From NCBI GenBank assembly GCA_013416795.1, contig RQSC01000314.1, forward strand, positions 6,097 through 70,096: DNA of 64,000 nt. The letters are read 5' to 3'. A program made the translations under genes and the position numbers. Shown here in pieces: positions 56,057 through 64,000 of the stretch. Origin of the DNA: Prasinococcaceae sp. CCMP 1430 (taxonomy: Eukaryota; Plantae; Prasinodermophyta). Position 1 is the stretch's first letter; every line of letters begins with the position of its first letter. Below the pieces are notes generated by a model that saw only the letters and a list, made by a program, of their open reading frames with translations, did no database searches and was not told the origin of the DNA.

Positions 56057-56250
56057 GCCCGGCCAGCCGCAGCAGCGGCGCGCGCACGCAACAGTTATCC
56101 CTTTCTGCGCGGCCGCAGCCGTCCTTTTCATGCCCGCACAAATGTAATAGCAAACTTCAAAAACGTCACACTGTACGGTATTGGGAATTTTGGCTCGCGT
56201 TACGCGTAAAGCGCGCGGGCGGCGGCCGCCTCGCTGGCGCTCGCCCGATA

Positions 56251-56565
56251 TTATTTCCCGGGGAGTTGAGGTTCGAAGCCGTGTGTGGGATTTTGGGTTA
56301 CATAGGCATTCGACCGAAGATAGGGTCTGTGGTTCGGGGAGCATACAATACATACGTACATACACGCTAAGACTTCGTGCCCCAGGAGGGTAGGGTACTC
56401 GGCGTTGCCAAAGACGTAACGCTTGCTGGGCTGCACGGCCGCGTAGGCGAAGAGCGCCGCCCTGCGCGTGATGAGGTCGGACACCACCGCGAACGCGTCG
56501 CTGTCGCTCACGTTGGGCGGCAGGGGCATCTGGAAGGTGGGGTCCTTCGAGTACGACGCCCCCAT
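56251..56565 (-). CDS. Small hypothetical protein with MGASYS N-myristoylation-like start; 3' end uncertain
   Basis: Strong G/C-ending codon bias for ~65 codons (MGASYSKDPTFQ...LLG), then non-coding-like sequence. Confidence 0.45.
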   Translation of the reverse strand: MGASYSKDPTFQMPLPPNVSDSDAFAVVSDLITRRAALFAYAAVQPSKRYVFGNAEYPTLLGHEVLACMYVCIVCSPNHRPYLRSNAYVTQNPTHGFEPQLPGK

Positions 56566-56634
56566 CGCCGCGGCGATGGGGGGGCCAGGCGCGCGAGAGC
56601 TCGGGAGCAGGACGTGCGCGCGCGCGTGTTGCGC

Positions 56635-57481
56635 ATGCGCGCGTGCGCGCGAGTGCAGCGCAACCCCGATGACTCGCCGCTGCGGGATGGCAACCGGGAC
56701 CGGCTGATGGGCCTGCTCACCGAGCGCGCCGCGCACACGCTGCGCTTCTACCTGCTTGAGACGTCCCCGCCTGTGTGCAAGTGGTGGGACCTCTACATCA
56801 AGGCGCACAGAATCCCGCTCACGGGGGAATGGCATGAGGTCAGCGGGGACGAGTTCATCCGCGAGCTCATGCGCACGCCAGACGTGGAATACGGTGCGTG
56901 TCGTCCGCGGCGCGCGCGCGGGAGAGGGCGGAGCGAGGGGACACGCCGGAGCCTCTGCGCGCCTGCGCGCCTCGGCCGTCGCGCTGACGCGCGTCCGCGC
57001 GCGCAGACCCTTTCAACAACGATGAGAAGTTCGCGCGCGGTTCCTTTCGCATCAGCCCGCGAGAGATGGCGCAGCGCGTGCTCAGCGTGCGCTCGCAGCT
57101 CGCCAAGGAGTTCATCGAGGACCTCGGGGTGCGTGCGCACATGGTCGCCCGCGCGCGGATGCTCCCGCTCCTCGGCACACCGACCCAAGAGCTGACGCGA
57201 TGCCCTCCATTGTCTTCACCCTTCCACCACCCCACGCACGCACACACGCACTCACGCACGCGACACACGCACGCGCACACGCACAGGGTGTGACCGAGGA
57301 CAACCAGGCGTTGTTGCGCGAGAACATCGAAGACTCTTTCAAGCTCGAGTCGCACGTCGACGAGGAGCACCCCGCCACCGTCAACGCGGACCTGCTCAAG
57401 GGCGGGGCGGACCAGCGACGCAGGGGCGGAGAGGGCGTGCCACGCTCGCGCGGCGGAGGGCAGACGCGTCGCGCGGACTAG
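56635..57481 (+). CDS. Divergent RbcX-like plastid chaperone; exons 56635-56893, 57007-57128, 57287-57481
   Basis: LLTERAAHT..YLLETSPP..W, GDEFIREL, MAQRVLSVRSQLA resemble RbcX helices. Both GT-AG introns keep the frame. Confidence 0.6.
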
Positions 57482-57831
57482 AGGACTCGGCGGGCCGCAC
57501 ACACCGCGCGTGCCCTGTTGAGCGCGCACCGGCACGCGCGCGCAAACGCGCCGCGCGCCCAGGGCTGACTCGATGCGTGGCTCGGTCGCGCCGAGCCGCG
57601 GCGCACGGCGAGGCGCGTTCGCTGCGGCAACGGAACGGTCTCCTTCGCACCCGCGTGGGGGCCGCCCTGCGCGCGCGCGCCTGCGCCTAGTAGTAGTGCG
57701 TGGACGAGAGTAGTATGCAACCGTGCCTTACGCCCTCGTGTGGAAACACATATGCGTGCACACACAGTAGCGCGCGCTCGCTCTGCAAAACGCGCGCGCT
57801 CTCCCCGTTCGCCCTCCAATCCACCCACCCC

Positions 57832-58110
57832 CTCGGGCCTCCCGTCGCTCTCGCTCCACTCGCTCCCACCAGCGGCCTGACCTCGGCTGGGGCCCTCCTG
57901 CGGTGCCTCCAGGGGCCGGCTATCAGCTGATTGGCGTGAGAGCGCGTGCGCGCGTGCCCGCGTGCGTGCTCTCGGGTCTCTCCGTCGCTCTCGCCCTCCT
58001 TGCTCTCACCAGCGGCCTGGCCTCGGCTGGGGCCCATCGGCGGTGCCTCCAGGGGCCGGCTATCGGCTGTTATCGTGAGAGCGTGGGCGTGGGTGCCCAC
58101 GCGCGTGCAT
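57832..58110. repeat. Imperfect 140-bp tandem duplication
   Basis: ccgtcgctctcgc at 57842 and 57982; ggtgcctccaggggccggctatc in both copies. Confidence 0.85.
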
Positions 58111-58142
58111 GCGCACGCGCGTGCGCGCGTGCGCACTCATTA

Positions 58143-60698
58143 TTAGGACGTCGTGCGCTCCCACACGCACCAGTCGTCGCCCGAGGCGGCGTCGCGCCAC
58201 TCGCCGCTGTTGGTGTGGGACGGATGCCAGTCCCCCCCGCCGAGGCGCACAGCCACGCGCCCGCCCACGCGCGCGGCGTAGCAGCCATGGTCGGCCTTGT
58301 CGATGATGACGTCGCAGCGCGAGTCGATGCAGTTGCGCTGGCGCACGGCGATCAGCTCCGTGATGGCTCCGCGCAGCCGGTCACCCCAGTCGAAGAAGTG
58401 GTCCCACAGGACGCAGGGCATGCCCGGGTGCGTGAGGATGTACGCGTACCCCTGCGCGACCTTCTCGCCGGGGAAGGGCCAGTGCGACTGCGTGGAACCC
58501 GTGTCGTGGTTGTCCAGGAAGGTCACAGCGCGCGCAGGCCAGTGGCCGAGCACCCCCGCCGGCTTGCCGCGGCTGTCGGCCAGCCGCCAGTACGAGCCGT
58601 CGCGCACAGCCTCCTGCAGGATGCCCTTGGTGGTGAAGTCGAACGCGGCCGACTTGCCGCCCGTCTGGTCCACCCAGTCGATGGTACGCTGGCGGTGGCC
58701 GTCCTGGTTGCCGTCCAGCCCGCTGCCGGAGTACGACATGGTGTCCCAGTACTCGCCCACCGAGAAGGTGGGGCCGCTGGCCTCGACGTACTCGCCCACG
58801 AACTTGCCTGCGTAGCCCTTGGCGAAGTCGAAGCGCCAGCCGTCGTAGCCGACGTCGTCGCGGAGCCAGCTGAGCCAGCCCTTGAGGTCGCTGCGGACGA
58901 CGTCGTTGGTGTGGTCAATGTTCGGCGCAGCGGGGAAGTCGTCGCCCGTCTGGTGGTTGCCAGTGCCCGCGAAGCTCTCGTTGGTGCACGCAATCGCCCA
59001 CTCACCCCAGCCCATCCTCTGCTCGCTGTAGTCGTTCCACTTCCCGTGCCTGCCCTTCTTCGGGGCCGAGCGGTGGTTGATGACGATGTCGGCGTACGCA
59101 TTCACGCCCTTGTGGTGCAGCGCACCGAGGCAGGCGCGCAGCTCGCTCTCGGAGCCGTAGCGACTGTCCAGGCAGTAAAGGTCCGACGGCAGGTAGCCCT
59201 GCGGCGCGATGGAGTGCGAGGCGGGAGGCATCCACACGCCCGTGAAGCCCGCTTTGGAGATATCGGAAGCCTTGGCCTCCACGATGCCATACCAGGGGTG
59301 GTTGTGGCTCTCCCAGTGGAAGCCCTGAAGGATGACCTCGCGGCCGAGCTTCAGGCGATTGAGCGGCGCCTCCTCGGCGCGCCAGCGCGGCACCCAGCGC
59401 GAGACGTCCAGGAGCTCCTCCTCAACGGCGGGGATTGCCTCCTCCACCTCCATCTCTTTCTCGAGCGGCTCGAGCGAGGGAAGCTTGTACGTCTCCGGCG
59501 TCTCGATAAACGACAGCGGCGTGTTGTCAAGCTCGACGGCCTCCTCGCGCGGCGGTGCCATGGGCGGGGCCGCGGCCGCGCTCGCCTCGAGCGCGCGCTC
59601 AAGGGCAGCGATCTTCTCCTCGAGCGCGGCCGTGCGCTGGGCCTCTGCCTCGAGCCGCTGGACGAGCTCTTCCGTCTCGGCGGACATCGGCTGGGGCTCC
59701 TGGGGCCGCTGCGCCTTCTCCACCAGCTCGAGGCGGTCGAGCAGCTCGCGCATCGCATCCGTCGCGGCGGAGCTCGCAAGGTCCGCCGCGACCATGTCAC
59801 TCTCGGCGGACGCGCCCGTCGACGCGGACGCCACCGCCTCGGCCGCAGCCTCGGCCGCGTCCACGCGCGCGAGGAGCTCGGCCATCTCGCCTCGCAGCGT
59901 GCCCTCGAGGCTCTCCACCTTCGAACGGACCGCATCCACGTTGGTGGACGGCGAGATGTCGCTCGCCGCGCCGCGCCGCACGTCGGCGACCCCTGGCGCC
60001 TTCTGGGCGTCGCGCAGCGCGGCCTCCGCCGACGCGAGCTTAGCGCCGAGCGCCGCCGCCTGCTCGTACCGCGAGACTGCTGCCGCCAACGCCTCCTCGG
60101 CAAGGCGCGAAGCTGAGGCGGCCGCAACGGCGTCCGCGTCGTCGGTCAAATCCGGGTCGAGGTAAGCAGGCTCGGCGGCCGACTGGAGCGCCAGCTCGAG
60201 CGACGCGAGCTTCACCTCGAGCTCGGCGATGCGCATGGTCTGATCGCCAACCTCAGTGGTGGGCGACTGCGGGGCCGCCGCCGGCGGAGCAGCGGCCTGC
60301 GGGGGCGCGGCCGGCGGCGGCGCCGGGCACACGCGTTCGCGCTCATCGTCGCCGAAGGACATGGGCGTGCCCACGAGCAGCGAAACGATCATCTTGCCGT
60401 CCGCCTCGTGCGACACCACTCGCCCCTGCCACCATCCGCCCTCGTGCGCGACCTCAATCTTGTCCTGCGGGTCGTACGTCGCCAGCGGCGGGTGGCGGCG
60501 GTCGGGCACGGCGCGCACCTGCGGCGCGGGCAGCGTCTCCGTGGCGGGCGTCACCTCGTCGTCCTCCTGCAGCTCATGGTGCTGCACGCGCACGCGCCCG
60601 TCCGCTAGGTGCTCCAGCACCGCGCCAGGGTACCACGCGCCCTCGAAGCCGGCCTCGGGCACGCGGCACTCGCACGCCTCGCCGACGGCGAGCGCCAT
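58143..60698 (-). CDS. Alpha-amylase (plant GH13 AMY type) with N-terminal tandem Agenet domains and a coiled coil
   Basis: ILQGFHWESH, QGYLP.DLY, ADIVINHR, DGWRFDFAKGY, VGEYWD, TFLDNHDTGS. N-terminal EAGFEGAWYPG.V and IEVAHEGGWWQGRV. One continuous ORF. Confidence 0.9.
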   Translation of the reverse strand: MALAVGEACECRVPEAGFEGAWYPGAVLEHLADGRVRVQHHELQEDDEVTPATETLPAPQVRAVPDRRHPPLATYDPQDKIEVAHEGGWWQGRVVSHEADGKMIVSLLVGTPMSFGDDERERVCPAPPPAAPPQAAAPPAAAPQSPTTEVGDQTMRIAELEVKLASLELALQSAAEPAYLDPDLTDDADAVAAASASRLAEEALAAAVSRYEQAAALGAKLASAEAALRDAQKAPGVADVRRGAASDISPSTNVDAVRSKVESLEGTLRGEMAELLARVDAAEAAAEAVASASTGASAESDMVAADLASSAATDAMRELLDRLELVEKAQRPQEPQPMSAETEELVQRLEAEAQRTAALEEKIAALERALEASAAAAPPMAPPREEAVELDNTPLSFIETPETYKLPSLEPLEKEMEVEEAIPAVEEELLDVSRWVPRWRAEEAPLNRLKLGREVILQGFHWESHNHPWYGIVEAKASDISKAGFTGVWMPPASHSIAPQGYLPSDLYCLDSRYGSESELRACLGALHHKGVNAYADIVINHRSAPKKGRHGKWNDYSEQRMGWGEWAIACTNESFAGTGNHQTGDDFPAAPNIDHTNDVVRSDLKGWLSWLRDDVGYDGWRFDFAKGYAGKFVGEYVEASGPTFSVGEYWDTMSYSGSGLDGNQDGHRQRTIDWVDQTGGKSAAFDFTTKGILQEAVRDGSYWRLADSRGKPAGVLGHWPARAVTFLDNHDTGSTQSHWPFPGEKVAQGYAYILTHPGMPCVLWDHFFDWGDRLRGAITELIAVRQRNCIDSRCDVIIDKADHGCYAARVGGRVAVRLGGGDWHPSHTNSGEWRDAASGDDWCVWERTTS

Positions 60699-61879
60699 CG
60701 CCGCAGGCGGGCTGCCCGTCCCGCAGCGCCCGGCCCTCGGCGGCCTTCGACGGCCCTCGACGGCTCTCGACGGCTCTCGACGGCTCTCGACGGCCCACCC
60801 TCCCGACCGCCCGACCCCCTCCCCTCCCCTCCCCTCGCCCCCCGCCCTCTCCCCCGCGAGGCGGCTCGGTGCGCCGCCGACGGCGCGACCGGCGGCGGCG
60901 CGACCGGCGGCGGCGCGCTGGCGGCCCTTGCGGGGCGTGGGCTAGGGGGCAGCACGCGCCCGTCTGTGACGCCGGGCGTCGGCGGCGGGGTTTGCGGACG
61001 CGCTCTGTCCGCAGTGAGGCTGCGCGCAGTCGCGAGAATCACGCGCGCGTCCGTGCCACCGAACGGGGGGGAGGCGCTCGCATTGTTCGCAGTCACGCTG
61101 CGCGCACTCGCAAGGCGCGGTGGGCGCTGCTGCCCCACTCCGCCGTTCGAGGGCGCCCGCTGCTGCACTGGGCGCGGCTGCTGCGCCTGCCGCTGCTGAG
61201 CCGCCCGTTGCCTGAGCAGCTCCGGCAGCTGCTGGTGCGCTCTGCGTGCCGGGGGCTGGGCTCTGCGTGCCGGGGGCGCCGAGGTCGTGGAAGGGCCGCG
61301 CGCGGCCGCGGGCGGCTCGCGCGTGCGCATCGCGTCGCGAGACCTCGCCCGAGCGGCCTCGACTTCGGCCATGATCTCCGCACGCGTCGAGCGCTGCGAC
61401 GCCGGACTCGCCGTGCCGTGCAGGCTGGCACCCGGCCCACCGCGGCCCGTATCATCGCCGTGGTGAGGAATCGTGACGCTCTCCGGCATGAAGCCGTCGA
61501 TGAACTTGCTCCGCCGCGCGGGCGGCGCGCCGCCTCCGTTGCTCACACCCACGCCCCCGCCTGCGCCGCCGAGGCCCCCACGTAGGGCGTCCTCGATGGA
61601 ACGCTCGCCCGTCAGGAGCTGCATGCGCGCGCGTTCCCGCGCCTGCGCCACCTCCTCCGCGAGCGCCGCGCGCGAGCGCTTGGGTTGGACCACTTGCCGC
61701 GCTTCGCCTCTGTGGGCCACAGCGCTCACACGGCCCGCGGCGCCGTTGGGACCCGTGGCGCCCGTGGCGCCCATGGCGCCCATGGCGCCCGCGGCGCCCG
61801 AGACGCCCGCGACCTGCAGCTCGCCCGCCGCGCTGACTGCTCCGCCGCCGCCGCCGCTGCCGCTGGCGTTGCCAATGAT
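60605..61879 (-). CDS. Hypothetical low-complexity Pro/Arg/Ala-rich ORF; boundaries uncertain
   Basis: Long open frame after a CAG acceptor at ~61880. Its 3' end overlaps the amylase start in another frame. Confidence 0.35.
   Translation of the reverse strand: MIGNASGSGGGGGAVSAAGELQVAGVSGAAGAMGAMGATGATGPNGAAGRVSAVAHRGEARQVVQPKRSRAALAEEVAQARERARMQLLTGERSIEDALRGGLGGAGGGVGVSNGGGAPPARRSKFIDGFMPESVTIPHHGDDTGRGGPGASLHGTASPASQRSTRAEIMAEVEAARARSRDAMRTREPPAAARGPSTTSAPPARRAQPPARRAHQQLPELLRQRAAQQRQAQQPRPVQQRAPSNGGVGQQRPPRLASARSVTANNASASPPFGGTDARVILATARSLTADRARPQTPPPTPGVTDGRVLPPSPRPARAASAPPPVAPPPVAPSAAHRAASRGRGRGARGGEGRGSGGREGGPSRAVESRREPSRAVEGRRGPGAAGRAARLRRWRSPSARRASAACPRPASRARGTLARCWST
60731..60796. 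repeat. Six-plus 10-bp tandem units (CGGC[CT][CT]TCGA)
   Basis: Units start at 60731, 60741, 60751, 60761, 60771, 60781 and 60791. Confidence 0.9.
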
Positions 61880-61899
61880 CTGAGTGTCGGGGAGCGACG

Positions 61900-62202
61900 G
61901 CAGCGATGGCGCGGCGTGCGCACGCGGCCGCGTGTTCGAGGCGCCACGGCCGCCGTAGGGGGGGGACCCGCCGCCTCCTCGGCCGCTTTCGCACCCTTGG
62001 CCACCGCCCGCGCAAGCGTGTCGAGTTCGAGCAGCAGCTGCGCCACGGACGCGACGAACCAGCCGCGAAACGACGCCTTCGACAGACCCGCGGCGGCCTC
62101 CTTGCCTCCCACCGATATGGCACCGACCCTGCAAGTGCGCTGCGTCAGTGCACGGCGTCGCGAAGGCGGGCAGGCGTGGGATGGGTTTGTGGGTGGTTGG
62201 TC

Positions 62203-62253
<51 letters not shown>

Positions 62254-62743
62254 CAGGCAGCGGTGGGCTTACTTGTTGAGCCAGCCGATGTTATCCAGGC
62301 CCACGAACGCGATCAGGCCCAGGGCCTTGAGCTTTGCGAGCAGCCGCCTGTGCTCGGGCCCGCTCCCGACCGCGTAGGGGCCCTGAGCGAACAGCACGGG
62401 CACCGCGAGCTCGAGTGGCTTGCCGAAGCGGAACGGCTTGCGCGAGGCGCCGAGCGCTTGCGCCATGGTAAGCTGCCAGCCGGGCTTGCCCGCGGCGACG
62501 GCCATCATCGCATACTGCAGGCTCGCCAGGCACTGCGCGCTCGCGGCCGGCAGCGCAGTAGAGGTTGGCCACCCAAAGTGCGGCGGGGCGCGGCGCGTCA
62601 GTGCACGCCCTCTGCAGCAGCAGCCTCGCTCCCATTCGCGGGCCTCGGGCTGCGCGCCGCACCTTGTCGCGGCCGTCGTACTTGCCGAGCACCGCCGACA
62701 CCACCTTCCAGTGCGTGAGGAAGTCCACCGCCGTGACGTTCAT
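61900..62743 (-). CDS. PEX11: Peroxin PEX11 (N-terminal two-thirds; usual C-terminal segment not found)
   Basis: DGRDK|CLASLQY..ALGASRKPFRFGK..DNIGWL..SF..WF. Spliced exons 62743-62663, ~62540-62273, ~62130-61924. Confidence 0.8.
62203..62253 (+). repeat. (GGGGTC)n hexamer repeat in a PEX11 intron
   Basis: About 8 units read directly. Confidence 0.9.
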
Positions 62744-62861
62744 GGCGTCCGCGCCGCCCACCCCGCGCGGGCGCCGCGGGAGGCTCGCGGGGGGAAGGGG
62801 AAGGGAAGGTGTGTGTGGTGCGCGCGCGTGCGCGTGTGCGGGGGGGGGGGGGGGGGGGGGG

Positions 62862-63019
62862 NNNNNNNNNNNNNNNNNNNNNNNNNNNNNNNNNNNNNNN
62901 NNNNNNNNNNNNNNNNNNNNNNNNNNNNNNNNNNNNNNNNNNNNNNNNNNNNNNNNNNNNNNNNNNNNNNNNNNNNNNNNNNNNNNNNNNNNNNNNNNNN
63001 NNNNNNNNNNNNNNNNNNN
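62862..63019. other. Assembly gap after a poly-G run
   Basis: Run of N. Confidence 1.
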
Positions 63020-63174
63020 GAGGGGGGCGGAGGCGAAGGGATGGGGCGGAGAGGGAGGGCGGGGAGTGGGAGCGCCGCGCGGCGCGCGCCGCCGCGCGCG
63101 CGCTGTGTGGCTGGCCACCCACCCGCCGCCGCAGCCTCCCTGCGCAGCAGCAGGCGACAGGCAGAGAGAGGTGC

Positions 63175-63870
63175 GCGCGTTTTTCGCCATGCGTCTTTTC
63201 GCCCCGCGCGTTTTCGCGCCGCGCGGTCGCCCTCAAATTTCGACGACCGCGGTTTGGGGTGCGAGACGTCGAACGATATGGGTAAAACGCGGAGCGCCAT
63301 GGGCAAATCGCCCCCCACCGGGGAATCGCGCGGATCTCCGCGGGCGGTTCCGTTTTCGTTTTCGTCGCGCGCAACCGCGCGGTTTTCGCGCGAAAACCGC
63401 GCGGCGCGCGGCGCCCGCGCGTTTTCGCGCGCGTGCGCGCGCGCGCCCGCGAAACCCCGTCCGGAAAGTCGCCCGCGCCCCGCGTCGCGACGCGCGCGCT
63501 TTCCAAACCGCCTGGGGATAAAGTGTCTCCCGTGGGTACAGGGTATCACATGCCTTTTGATGACGCTCGGGCGCACCTGCCGCTGTGCGCTTCGAAACCT
63601 CGTGTGATGAGGTCTCCCGTGGGTACATTCCAGCGCGTGCGCGTTGACGTCGAACGTCGCGCTCAGGGTGGGTGGGGCACGTCGAAACGCATTCGACCGG
63701 GGGGCGCCTCGCGCTGCCGGCGGACTTTCCGGAGCGGCCGCGCGAAACGCGCGTCGATTCGGGGCTTCGAAAGGCGCGCGGCGAAAATCGAATCGGGTGC
63801 GCGCGCATTTCCCGCCTCGGGGCGCGCGGAGCGCGCGCGCGCGCGCCCCGAAAGCGAATGCGGGAAAGCC
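63175..63870. promoter_or_regulatory. Putative promoter region with multiple E2F-like TTTSSCGC sites
   Basis: ttttcgcgc at ~63211, 63383 and 63422; tttcccgcc ~63809; gcgggaaa ~63860; 30-bp palindrome 63375-63404. Confidence 0.4.
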
Positions 63871-64000
63871 GAAGCGATCGCGCGCGGGGGTGCGGGGGCG
63901 GGGACGCGCCGCGCGGGCGCCGGGCGGCGCGGGATGGGAAAGGAGGCACCGCCGCCGCCGGCGTCGCCGCCCCGCGGATCGCACGGACCTTGTCGGAGAG

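Noticed and set aside
55474-56370. VC/TH-repeat and X-containing ORFs, also at 62291-63984
   Set aside because: Translations of microsatellites and N gaps.
60731-60796. Short tandem repeats and the 140-bp duplication as CRISPR-like arrays
   Set aside because: No unique spacers, no cas genes, eukaryotic context.
1-64000. tRNA, rRNA or snoRNA genes
   Set aside because: No cloverleaf, rRNA-like or clear C/D-box pattern recognised by eye. tRNAscan-SE/Infernal would be needed to exclude them.

Overview
This is very GC-rich, gene-dense eukaryotic nuclear DNA with short GT(GCG)...AG introns, (CG)n/(CA)n microsatellites and short AT-rich intergenic tracts carrying TTTAGGG telo-boxes. Starch, plastid and centriole genes point to an early-diverging green alga (prasinophyte-like; inference). 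About 30 protein-coding genes can be supported. There are two N-gaps (55663-55964, 62862-63019) and two single-N junctions (22283, 41181). Several 5' ends look frame-broken, so the assembly has local errors. Housekeeping genes include ISA1 isoamylase, RCL1, DDX55/SPB4, rotatin, F2KP, a TOL/TOM1-like protein, OAS-TL, an SDR, FAX, PEX11 and HPAT. Five things stand out. (1) A plant-RLK-type LRR + FnIII + TM receptor whose cytoplasmic part is three class III cyclase domains with split catalytic residues. (2) An IQ-less myosin with an SAH, MIU/UIM-like ubiquitin-binding motifs and a C-terminal CaaX box, next to an N-acylated OTU deubiquitinase. (3) A tandem Agenet (Tudor-like) + coiled-coil + alpha-amylase fusion. 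(4) An intact AT-rich organellar rpl2 fragment at the 5' end of rotatin that fits an in-frame GT..AG intron. (5) An HTH + PPC/DUF296 protein. All domain calls come from motif recognition by eye; no searches were run.
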